Source of the DNA: a virus
Taxonomy: Duplodnaviria; Caudoviricetes
Length of the DNA: 52,804 bases
Direction: 5' to 3' (one strand)
IMG/VR virus record: IMGVR_UViG_3300030098_003801
Span: 1 to 52,804 of that record
The notes under the pieces were generated by a model. That model worked only from the letters and a program-made list of their open reading frames with translations. It searched no databases and was not told where the DNA came from. A program made the position numbers and the translations under genes. Of the stretch, positions 36,354 through 45,059 are shown piece by piece (position 1 is the first letter of the stretch; each line of letters begins with the position of its first letter).

Positions 36354-37240
36354 TAGGCTCTCCTCTTCGTTTTGTTCAAAGCATTACGCGCAACATGAGA
36401 TCTCCAGTCCTTCAAGGACATTGCGCCAGTATCCGTCGTTTCAACCTGCTCCGGGGAGCGGCTGGGGGTTGTGGCCCCCGACGTGATCTTAGCGCCCGGC
36501 CTCGGCTGGGGTGTCCGCATCTTCGTACCGCGCGCAAGCTTGAGCGCATACGAATCAGGAACACCATCGGCCTTGGCCTCTTTTGCAATCTTGAGCGCAG
36601 ACTCGGGAAGGCGCGAAGCTTCCGCCGCTGTCTCAAGATCCCAGCCCTCTTCGAGCAGGTCCGCAAACTTAGTAGAAAGCTCATCATTGTTGAACACATC
36701 GGCGTTCGACTCTTGAAATGCTTTCGCATAACGGTCGGCCTCTGCCTCAATCGACTGATTTACGCTCTCTACAAATCGTTGGCTTTCAGATTCCAGAGAC
36801 TGATACCTAGTCTCCAGAGACTGATGCTTCTCCTCCCACTCTTTGATCTGGTCGGCGTATTGCGCCACCCTTGGATCTTCTCTCCCTGCGATCAGCGCCT
36901 CGTAAAGGTTGTGCTGATCTTCAATCTGGCGCTTCTGCGCCTCCATCGCAGCTTGATGCCGCGTTCCGTAATGCGAGCTAAACCGCTCGCCCCAAGAGCG
37001 CATTTGCTCTGGAAGCGTTTCGTGACCGCCATCCCACGAGTCCCACTCAAAATCATCGGCAGAGGGGAAAGAGACGGGAGCCGCTTCGTCCGGCCCCGTG
37101 TCGTCGGAGAGGGAGGGCTCCGAAGGGGCAGATGCCTCATCGGAGGCGGTATCAACCGGAGCCGCTTCAACAGAAGCATCAACTGCCTCGGGTGCCGGGG
37201 CGTCGGCCCCCGCCTCAAGACTTTCCTCTTGCTCAATCAT
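36353..37240 (-). CDS. Scaffolding protein
   Basis: Acidic disordered N-terminus, coiled coil, directly upstream of the capsid gene. Confidence 0.7.
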   Translation of the reverse strand: MIEQEESLEAGADAPAPEAVDASVEAAPVDTASDEASAPSEPSLSDDTGPDEAAPVSFPSADDFEWDSWDGGHETLPEQMRSWGERFSSHYGTRHQAAMEAQKRQIEDQHNLYEALIAGREDPRVAQYADQIKEWEEKHQSLETRYQSLESESQRFVESVNQSIEAEADRYAKAFQESNADVFNNDELSTKFADLLEEGWDLETAAEASRLPESALKIAKEAKADGVPDSYALKLARGTKMRTPQPRPGAKITSGATTPSRSPEQVETTDTGAMSLKDWRSHVARNALNKTKRRA

Positions 37241-37593
37241 TAAGCCTCCCCTTTGTCATCCTTCGGCAGCGCCTTGCGGGCCGCGACCATAGTCATCCTA
37301 CGGACTTTCATGCGGGGATTCTCGTTCTCGCTGGGAGGCGCCATGCCCGGCGGCATAAGCTCCTCCATCATGGCCATAGGGTCATCCGAAGAACCCTCTG
37401 CCTCCCCCTCTTCTCCTTCAGCCTCATCTTCCGCAGCCCCCTCCTCTTCGGAGTACAGGCCCTCGTCGTCGCCCATGCCGGGGTCGGTAACGGTCACGCC
37501 GTAACCGCACTCAGCCATAAGCTCCTCCAACTCCGCAAAGTTGTCGGGCGGGTCTTCATTGAGCTTGCGGATCAACTTGTCTTGTGCTGGCAT
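37240..37593 (-). CDS. Acidic hypothetical protein, 117 aa
   Basis: GAGG RBS; Glu-rich centre. Confidence 0.65.
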   Translation of the reverse strand: MPAQDKLIRKLNEDPPDNFAELEELMAECGYGVTVTDPGMGDDEGLYSEEEGAAEDEAEGEEGEAEGSSDDPMAMMEELMPPGMAPPSENENPRMKVRRMTMVAARKALPKDDKGEA

Positions 37594-37611
37594 AGGAACC
37601 TCATGTTGTCT

Positions 37612-38028
37612 TTAGTGGACATATATTTTCTTGTCAACCTTACCGGCCAGTTTATCCCTTTCTTTTTTCCGGCGCGCTTTTTTGTCGGCCAAGTCTCGGT
37701 AGCCACCCTTGCGCGCTCTGGCCTCCGCTTTTTCGGCAACTTTGTCACGGTGCTTCCGCCAAGCCGCGGAGTCGGAGGAGAGGATCTCACAGTCAGGATT
37801 CTCCCGCTGGTACTGACGCCACTCCGCGCCTGACTCAAACGTGCGCCCAACCTGCTCAACCACCAAGGGCTTCGAGGGCATCGGGCCAACCAAGGCCACC
37901 TCGCTGATCACCGTGGTCATCACCGCGGAGCACTCTGGGCAGGTTGTTGTCCCGTGCTCGGACAGCGGCACGTAGATGTCATGAAAGTAACCACACCCAT
38001 CCGGGCACTTAAAATCGTACACAGGCAT
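37612..38028 (-). CDS. FmdB-like zinc-ribbon protein in the head module
   Basis: MPVYDFKCPDGCG...CPEC. Confidence 0.75.
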   Translation of the reverse strand: MPVYDFKCPDGCGYFHDIYVPLSEHGTTTCPECSAVMTTVISEVALVGPMPSKPLVVEQVGRTFESGAEWRQYQRENPDCEILSSDSAAWRKHRDKVAEKAEARARKGGYRDLADKKARRKKERDKLAGKVDKKIYVH

Positions 38029-38141
38029 CACATATCTCCCTGACCGTTGTCCTTCTTCTTCCTTTTGTTATCAAGAAAGATGAAGGTGCGACGCAAAACT
38101 TCGCTCACCACGCCTACCAGAAACTTCACCGGAATACGCAT
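38028..38141 (-). CDS. Small basic peptide, 37 aa (not in ORF track)
   Basis: AGAGG RBS; MRIPVKFLVGVVSEVLRRTFIFLDNKRKKKDNGQGDM; TGATG coupling. Confidence 0.5.
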   Translation of the reverse strand: MRIPVKFLVGVVSEVLRRTFIFLDNKRKKKDNGQGDM

Positions 38142-38149
38142 AAATGCCT

Positions 38150-39973
38150 CTACTTAACCGGAAGGCCCGGACCGCCGGCGGGTAGCGGCATGGGTGGGGG
38201 TTCTTCTACGCCGGGGGGAAGGCCGCCAGTAACGACGCTATCCGCGCCCGGTGCTGCTGTGGGCGGAGCGCCCGGCATCACTGGTGGCATGCCCGGAGCC
38301 ATACCGGGTGGCATGCCCGGCATCATGCCCGGAGGTGGTGCGGCGCCGGGAGGTGGTGCGGGAGGCGTGTCCTGCACCACATCCTGCATCCCGAGTAGGT
38401 CGAGTAGCTTAATGATAAGCTTTTCTTTGTTGACATTCGGAGCCTCGAGAAGAAGGGGCAGATACTGCTGAAACTTCTGAAGCTGAATGAGCTTGTGGTT
38501 CTCGGTGGGGGAGTAAGGAAGTGCGTCGTAATCAAAGTCCAGAGGATTCTCTGTGGGGTCACGCTCCGGCCGCAGCATCAGGCTCTCTCGGGACGCCTTC
38601 ATGACTTCCTTGCTTCCGGTCAAGCGGATGGGCAGCGTCGTGTCAGGGTCGAGAAACTCTTCGTACAGCCCGATGATGTTCTCCGCGACGGAGTTAACGA
38701 CATCCTCTACCTGCTTGATCCTGCGTCCGTTGCGTGTGCGCGTCGCCGTGTCTGCGAGCGCAACCTCCGTCGCAACATCGGCCACACCAACAACACCACG
38801 GCTGTATTGTGGAATGCCCAGTATAAACTCAATAACTTGATTACAGCGGGCTCGCATTTCGGAAAACGAGGGGGAGAAGGATGGAACGGGGGTCTGTCCA
38901 ACGATGTCTCCTAGCGGCGCGTTTGCCTTGCCTTGGATCGCCACCATTGTGCCCGGTTGATTGGCGTCCTGAAGCGCGGTCATGATCGCTTCGGGGTTGT
39001 CCGCGAGAGAGGTGTTGACAAGCATGACCGGAGTGGACGTGTGTGCATGCCACAACTCAAGTGTGTCAATCTCGTTTAGGCGCTGCTGAAGAGACTGCAC
39101 CAACTTCACATCGGAGAGGCCGGCGAGGTCGGTCATGTTCTCGTTGAACGTCAGGTGGATAAATGGGTTGCGGATGTAGCGATACGGCAACTCGCCTTCA
39201 AAGAGAGGCTCCTCCACATCGTCAAGGAAGTGGTAGTACCTTCCCTCACCCTGAAAGTCGTAGACTTCGTACACGGTGACCCATTTGTACACGTCGCGAG
39301 AGGCTTCGTTGACATAGCTCTTGTCCCGCGACTGGTCCTTTAAGAAGCTTGGGTAGCCCCCGAAGACGGCCTTGTCAGACACCTTCTTGTTGTACATCGC
39401 GCCCTTGCGCCCCTGCTTCTTTGTCCGGGCCGTAAACTCGGCGCGCGTTAGAACAGTTACCTCAACAAGGTAGCGGATGTCGCGGAACTTGGCCGCAGAC
39501 ATATCGAAGAAGACAAAGCGGGGGTCAACAGCGAACACCTCTGGGGAGTTCTTCCTGAAGTTCCACACTACTTTGAGGAATGCCCGGCCGCAGATAGACG
39601 TGCTGGTCGATGTCTTCCACAGCAGGGAGTGCAGGTTGTTACGGCGGAAGGTGTCGTTGATCAGCGCCTCGCGAAACTTCGCCGCGCCTTTGAGCTTTTC
39701 CCGGCGAGCGGTCACGGTGACCTGTGGGTTCTGCGGGCAGATGTTGGCGATCATCGTGTCGATAAAGGCATACGGATAGTTGGTCTCGAAGTTGACATCC
39801 TCCGCCGCATTGGATGTGCCGACCGGCCCGGAGCCTGTGGGGCCGGGGTTCGACTGATGCCAATACTCGGACATGTACCACGAGCGCCATCGGTCCCAGT
39901 CCTGCCTCTCCGAGCGGGACTTAGAGCGATGGGTCCGAATGATCCCTTGGACCTGCTTTCCTGTAAGTGCCAT
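38150..39973 (-). CDS. Portal protein
   Basis: 607 aa; GRAFLKVVW, VDPRFVFFD, GLSDVKLVQSLQQRLN, ATEV; Pro/Met-rich PPGM tail. Confidence 0.85.
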   Translation of the reverse strand: MALTGKQVQGIIRTHRSKSRSERQDWDRWRSWYMSEYWHQSNPGPTGSGPVGTSNAAEDVNFETNYPYAFIDTMIANICPQNPQVTVTARREKLKGAAKFREALINDTFRRNNLHSLLWKTSTSTSICGRAFLKVVWNFRKNSPEVFAVDPRFVFFDMSAAKFRDIRYLVEVTVLTRAEFTARTKKQGRKGAMYNKKVSDKAVFGGYPSFLKDQSRDKSYVNEASRDVYKWVTVYEVYDFQGEGRYYHFLDDVEEPLFEGELPYRYIRNPFIHLTFNENMTDLAGLSDVKLVQSLQQRLNEIDTLELWHAHTSTPVMLVNTSLADNPEAIMTALQDANQPGTMVAIQGKANAPLGDIVGQTPVPSFSPSFSEMRARCNQVIEFILGIPQYSRGVVGVADVATEVALADTATRTRNGRRIKQVEDVVNSVAENIIGLYEEFLDPDTTLPIRLTGSKEVMKASRESLMLRPERDPTENPLDFDYDALPYSPTENHKLIQLQKFQQYLPLLLEAPNVNKEKLIIKLLDLLGMQDVVQDTPPAPPPGAAPPPGMMPGMPPGMAPGMPPVMPGAPPTAAPGADSVVTGGLPPGVEEPPPMPLPAGGPGLPVK

Positions 39974-39988
39974 GACTAGCGTGTCTCC

Positions 39989-41623
39989 CTATTTGTAACT
40001 GGGCAAAAAGCCCCTGACTCTTTTCCTGCGCTCTTCTCTTCGACTTTTAATCTGTGCGCCGCCTTCTTTGCCGGCCCCGGCGGTCGTGGTCCCTGTGACC
40101 TTGATGTCGGGGGTTTCACCGTCATCGCCTTGGTCTACGTCACTATCTACGCCGGCGTCGCCCGACCCGCCTTGAGCATCCCCTGCGAGCTTGGCGGATT
40201 TTGGAAGCAGCTTCTTTGTAGGCTCGGTCAAAACTTGTTGAGTAGATAGCTCAAGCGCCTCTTCTTGCCTTTTACGATTTTCGGAAGCAATAGCTTTGAT
40301 TTCGTCGTCTGTTTTGCCGGGCCTTTCACGCTTCATTCGTTCATTGGTCTGGATGTAGCGAGCGTAATCTTTGGGGCTAAGCCCTTTCTTTTTCATGTCC
40401 TCAAGAAACGCCTTGTTGCTTGTTAAGGGGCTGAAGTCTCCCTCTCCAAGCATGCGGTCCATAGCCCACTCGATTTCGCTGACGGTCTCAAGGTCGCGTA
40501 GTTCAGCCTCTTGCTGCGTCTGGCCGTACACTTTGTCGAAGGTGTCGCGAACAGTCCACTCACGCGTGACCATCTCGCCCTTATCGTTCTGCGCAAACTG
40601 GATCTCTTGCTGCTGCTCTGGGGTGAGGTTCTCGAGAGCCAGCGTCCGCATGGTTCCCTGTAGGCTGGGCATGCTTTCCAGCCTGTCCAGAGCCGCTGTT
40701 GCTCGGCGTGACGCCTCCTCTGGCGTTATGCCCGAGGCGATTAGCGCCTGCTGCTCTTGGGAGAGGCGGTCAGGACTCGGCTTGAGCGTGCCTCCAGAGA
40801 CCATCTCATTTTTAACGTGGGGGTAGGTGTTGGACGGGTCCACCGACCCTGCGGGAGGGGCGGTCAGCCGCTCGTCTATGATTTCATCAACCTGTGACTG
40901 CCTAAGATTGACTGGGATGTTTGCCCCTTCTCCTTGGGTGGTTTCTGCACCTGTAACCCGAACACGCTGCTCCCCCTGTTCGCCAGCAGAAACCGTCTTC
41001 GCCTCACCCAGAAGATGATTTATCCAATATGCATAACGGTCAAGCGCGTATTCAGTCTCAAGGCCAGCCATTGTTTCCTGCATGCTTTGCTGTGTCGAGC
41101 CGCCCCGGCTAACGAGCCTAAGATAGCGCGCGGCCGCCTTTCTTGCCGCGAGGTCTTCGTCCTCTACGCTTCCGCCGCCCCCGAGAAGAAAATCTCGCAG
41201 GTCTTTCTCTCGCTGAACTTCCAGCTTCGCCCGCTCAATCTCTTCGTTGTCTTCGTCCGAAAGGCTGGCCTGCGCAACCGTCGCAAGCTGGTTCACATAT
41301 TCAGCGTACTTATCGCCGTACATGTTGCGGTACACAAACGGGTCTTGGCTCGCCATCTCTCTGGCTTGTGCGCGCTCCGCGGCGCTGCGCGCTTCGCGCT
41401 GCTCCCGAAGCCCCGGACCTAGAGGCACGCCGGCGTACATGCGTAGGCCCTTGCCCAGCATGTCGAAGATAGTCTCGCGCGCACGAGCGCCCACCGCCTT
41501 TCGGCGCCGCTGGTCTACTTGAAAATCAAAGATGAACTTCTCTTCTTCAGGGCTTAGCGCCTCACCTGTAGACTGCTTGTCCAAGATTGTCCGAAGCTGC
41601 TCACGCTCTGCTTTGGTCGCCAT
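39989..41623 (-). CDS. Hypothetical protein, 544 aa, possibly an internal virion protein
   Basis: Long charged, helical-looking ORF in the late operon. Confidence 0.65.
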   Translation of the reverse strand: MATKAEREQLRTILDKQSTGEALSPEEEKFIFDFQVDQRRRKAVGARARETIFDMLGKGLRMYAGVPLGPGLREQREARSAAERAQAREMASQDPFVYRNMYGDKYAEYVNQLATVAQASLSDEDNEEIERAKLEVQREKDLRDFLLGGGGSVEDEDLAARKAAARYLRLVSRGGSTQQSMQETMAGLETEYALDRYAYWINHLLGEAKTVSAGEQGEQRVRVTGAETTQGEGANIPVNLRQSQVDEIIDERLTAPPAGSVDPSNTYPHVKNEMVSGGTLKPSPDRLSQEQQALIASGITPEEASRRATAALDRLESMPSLQGTMRTLALENLTPEQQQEIQFAQNDKGEMVTREWTVRDTFDKVYGQTQQEAELRDLETVSEIEWAMDRMLGEGDFSPLTSNKAFLEDMKKKGLSPKDYARYIQTNERMKRERPGKTDDEIKAIASENRKRQEEALELSTQQVLTEPTKKLLPKSAKLAGDAQGGSGDAGVDSDVDQGDDGETPDIKVTGTTTAGAGKEGGAQIKSRREERRKRVRGFLPSYK

Positions 41624-41632
41624 CCTTGCCCC

Positions 41633-42226
41633 CTATACCGTGCCGGCTTCGTCTGTGCCCTCGGCCGCCAGTGCGGCCAGTGCTCGACTCATGCGTTCCG
41701 CATCACCAGAAGAGGCCGGGGCGGCCGTGCCCATGAAGCCCGCCTCTACCTGCGCCTGTTTCCCTGCAACCGCCTGCCCCACGGTTTGGGCGATGGCGGC
41801 CCGGTCTGCTGCCGTTGCGAGGTCCGCCTGCTTTGCGCCGGCGACGTAAGCGTCAGCGGCCATCGGGCCCTGACCACGCATTTCCGCAAGCCCGAGGGTC
41901 TGCCGAAGTTGGTCTGCCGAGGCTTGCCGGGCGGCCTGCGCGGCTCGCATTTGCGCGTCAATCTGCGCCTGCCCAACCCCTGAAGCCTTAAAAGGGTTCT
42001 CTTCAAACTCGCGCAGAGCCTCCGCCGATCGCGCGGCGGCAATCTTCTCGCGGTCCTTTGTGCCGTACTCCGCCTTCAAACGCGCGTCTTCCGCCGCGAC
42101 GCCCTTGCCCTTTGCCTCTTTTCGCTTCGCCTTTTCCTTGAGGCGGGCCTCGCGCCAACTCCCCTCTTCGTCGTAAGCGTCTCTTACTGTGCCTCTAAAA
42201 CGAAACGGATCCCAATCCCAGCCCAT
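41633..42226 (-). CDS. Ala/Gln-rich protein, possibly an ejection protein
   Basis: GAGG RBS; Ala-rich composition. Confidence 0.6.
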   Translation of the reverse strand: MGWDWDPFRFRGTVRDAYDEEGSWREARLKEKAKRKEAKGKGVAAEDARLKAEYGTKDREKIAAARSAEALREFEENPFKASGVGQAQIDAQMRAAQAARQASADQLRQTLGLAEMRGQGPMAADAYVAGAKQADLATAADRAAIAQTVGQAVAGKQAQVEAGFMGTAAPASSGDAERMSRALAALAAEGTDEAGTV

Positions 42227-42233
42227 ATTAACC

Positions 42234-42965
42234 TCAGTCGTTCTTGGCTTTGAAGAACATATACTTCATGGAGCGAGCGCGCACTCTCGCCTGCGGAACA
42301 TTTTCCCCCTGTATAACGCGAAGCGAGGCAGAGTGAAATCCTTTGTCCAAAGGCTCGATGACCCACTTGTGCCCCGACCAGTACCTGCTCTTGTAACGGT
42401 CTCTTAGGTAAGAGGAGGCTGCATTGTTTCCCGCGGACGCATCGGAGTAGAACATCGTGCGCCCTACCCGGCGGACATTGCATGCGTTGTTTTTTATTCC
42501 ATCAATAAAGAGGCGGATGTGAGTTTGTCCATCCGCGTCGTGGATCTTTGAGTCGCTAGTCCACGTCACCTGCCACGTTAAAAGAACGTAAGCCTTAAAG
42601 GGAAGGTGGAAGGTGATGGAGGCTCCGGGGATCGGGGCAAACATTCTTCCACTCGCATCTTCAGGGTCGGAAGATCCGAGATAGAACCCGTCAACGGCTG
42701 TCTCGTCGGGGCCGGCGGAATCGTGCTCGTACACGGTATTCGTGAAATAGTCTAGGCTGCAAGTGCCCGCGACCATTCCGCCACCAGACACCGAGCGGCG
42801 CTGAAGGTACGGGTGGGTGACGCTGCGATTATCCAAAAGCTCAAGGTTCGAGGATTCTACTCGCCCGTTAAGAACGTCCGTGGATAGGTCATAGATGGCG
42901 TCGAACACATCTTCGCCCGTTGGCTTTAGGCCATCGGTAAAAATAGGGGGCGTCACTTTAGCCAA
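42234..42965 (-). CDS. Putative tail-associated protein, 243 aa
   Basis: IRLFIDG...LDKGFHSASLRV, resembling 29515-30261. Confidence 0.6.
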   Translation of the reverse strand: MAKVTPPIFTDGLKPTGEDVFDAIYDLSTDVLNGRVESSNLELLDNRSVTHPYLQRRSVSGGGMVAGTCSLDYFTNTVYEHDSAGPDETAVDGFYLGSSDPEDASGRMFAPIPGASITFHLPFKAYVLLTWQVTWTSDSKIHDADGQTHIRLFIDGIKNNACNVRRVGRTMFYSDASAGNNAASSYLRDRYKSRYWSGHKWVIEPLDKGFHSASLRVIQGENVPQARVRARSMKYMFFKAKND

Positions 42966-42967
42966 AA

Positions 42968-43192
42968 CTAACCTCGAGTAGTTTGTTTGTATTGCACGAG
43001 GTCAGGATTGGCAATCTCTTCCCCCAACTCCTCATCGTTAATATCCCTAAGCGTGGAGCCCGATTTGCCAAGTCGTCGAGCGTGCAGATCTTTGACAAGC
43101 TTCTGCGTTTTAGCCGCAGATGCGGTGCTTCGTTTCTGCGCGTCGGTCTCCGGCATCATCGCCTCCTTGAGGGATAGCGGCTTCTGCGCCAC
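42968..43192 (-). CDS. Hypothetical protein
   Basis: Fills the gap after the terminase; start uncertain. Confidence 0.5.
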   Translation of the reverse strand: MAQKPLSLKEAMMPETDAQKRSTASAAKTQKLVKDLHARRLGKSGSTLRDINDEELGEEIANPDLVQYKQTTRG

Positions 43193-44859
43193 TTTGTTTT
43201 TGTAGATTCATTCGCGCTTTTCTTGCGGAAAGCTTCTACCTCGGAGTAACTCATGTCCCTAAAAAGAACTACGTTTTCCATGCCCTCCGGTTTGTCGTTC
43301 TTGTATCGGCGGGGACAGTTTCGAGCGGCAAGGCATGCGATCTGAAGAGCGGAGATCTTGTCCCAGTGGTGACGCTCTCTGCGCTTGCCCGTCTTGCCGG
43401 AGTGCAGCATCTCGGAGAGGGCGCTGCGCTCTGTCCGCTTGTCCTCTCGGTAGGAGCCTAGCTGGCCGACCGTGTCTTCATCCCGTAAGATAAGCTCGTC
43501 CTTGAGCGCATCTTGCAGATAAGACAGCATCATAGTGACTGACTTTGCAGTGGCAGCGATCCCCGGCTTGTAAGCTTTTTCGTAATAGAGGTTTGGATAG
43601 CCAAGCTCTTCAAGTAGAGCCAGAGTAGCAACGCCAACGCCATTACTCTCAACAGCCACAAGCGCGTTGTTGTACTTCTTACCGACCTCATTGATCTTCT
43701 TAGCAAAGACAACGGGGTCTGTAACGCCGCCATACGTTGCGACTTGAGTCCACTCTCCATCGTACACCTTTAGCACCTGAAAGGCAGCGTGATCGCGCGC
43801 AGCATAACCCGCCGGGTCAACTCCGATAGCATAAACAGCGCCGCCCTCTGGTTGCTCATATTCCATGTAGGGAGCCTTCCAAGGTACAAGCAGGCTCTCT
43901 TGATGCTTCTTCAGCAGGGACGAGTGGAAGACCGAGCCGACCGATGCGATCCAGCAACTGATGTCGTCGAAGGGGTAGTAGACGCGGAACAGGTCCGGGT
44001 TGCGCCGGATCTCTGCGTCGGTCTCAATCATCAGGCGGCGAAACTGTAGGTTGTCCTCTTTGAGTCCGAGGTGCCCGTACTTCTCCATTAGCTTCATCTC
44101 TTCAAGAGTAAGCTTCTGGCCTTTCGGCCACGGGCGTCGATTGAGAACCCCATCCCAAAAAGGAAAGAACGCATAGGCCCAGCGGCCGCGACCCTGCTTG
44201 GCGTCACGGCAGTGGTCACGCCACCACTCCGCCGAGGGCTCGTTCATCGGTGCTGGTGTAGACTCGAGCAGAACTTGAGAGTGGTCCCTGTTGATCATCG
44301 AGGGGTAGATCATAGAGAACTGGTGGCCCGCGTTGCGCCAGTAGGGAAGCTCCGACCCGTGGAAGGAGTCAGGCGACTGACCGATACCAACGGCCCCCGA
44401 CTCACCAGACAGGACACGCATCTTGCCGCCATGCTGGAAAGTCAACTGGCGCACCTCTCGGTTAGGCACCGTTGCGGAGCGGACGACTTCTGGCCACCTG
44501 CTGTGGGTCAAGTGGATACGTCGGTGAAGGTACTCGGCGCGGTCACGATTATCTGCAATACAGACGTGGTCATGGCCCGGAGTGTAAGCTGCCTTCACGT
44601 AGCCACAGAGTTCCGATGTGAGGCTTTTGCCCGCCTGCCTATACCCGAGTAGGGTCAGCCACTTTGTCTGGCCCAGAGCGGTCTCTGGTGGGTCCGAGTA
44701 GTAGGACACCACTGTTTCTTGAAGGCGGTCGGTGATCGCAAACGGGTCGAAGGTCTCCTCCTGTCCCGTCTTCTGGTCGATAATCTTCGCGTATGCCCGC
44801 AGACTAATAGCAGGGTCACACAGTGCCTCAAGCGCCTCACCCTCGAGGGGCAGGCTCAC
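43156..44859 (-). CDS. terL: Terminase large subunit
   Basis: RQAGKS Walker A, FHGSE Walker B, LESTP, nuclease IGVDPAG, VESNGVG, WDKISAL. Confidence 0.92.
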   Translation of the reverse strand: MSLPLEGEALEALCDPAISLRAYAKIIDQKTGQEETFDPFAITDRLQETVVSYYSDPPETALGQTKWLTLLGYRQAGKSLTSELCGYVKAAYTPGHDHVCIADNRDRAEYLHRRIHLTHSRWPEVVRSATVPNREVRQLTFQHGGKMRVLSGESGAVGIGQSPDSFHGSELPYWRNAGHQFSMIYPSMINRDHSQVLLESTPAPMNEPSAEWWRDHCRDAKQGRGRWAYAFFPFWDGVLNRRPWPKGQKLTLEEMKLMEKYGHLGLKEDNLQFRRLMIETDAEIRRNPDLFRVYYPFDDISCWIASVGSVFHSSLLKKHQESLLVPWKAPYMEYEQPEGGAVYAIGVDPAGYAARDHAAFQVLKVYDGEWTQVATYGGVTDPVVFAKKINEVGKKYNNALVAVESNGVGVATLALLEELGYPNLYYEKAYKPGIAATAKSVTMMLSYLQDALKDELILRDEDTVGQLGSYREDKRTERSALSEMLHSGKTGKRRERHHWDKISALQIACLAARNCPRRYKNDKPEGMENVVLFRDMSYSEVEAFRKKSANESTKTKWRRSRYPSRRR

Positions 44860-45059
44860 TTCTCCATCGCCTTCATGGCGGCCATCTCCCTAAGCTGCTC
44901 TGGCGATAAAGGCTGATCCTCCATGCCGGCAGTATTTCTCGCCACAAGCTCTTCAAGGGTAGGGATAGGGATCCCCTCACTGGCCAACGTCGAGATGTTG
45001 GCGTCAAGCTTTACAATCATGGCCTCGGCCAAGGCCTGCTCTACAGAACTAATCTTCAT
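44856..45059 (-). CDS. Hypothetical protein, 67 aa
   Basis: AAGGAGG RBS; GTGA overlap with terL. Confidence 0.6.
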   Translation of the reverse strand: MKISSVEQALAEAMIVKLDANISTLASEGIPIPTLEELVARNTAGMEDQPLSPEQLREMAAMKAMEK

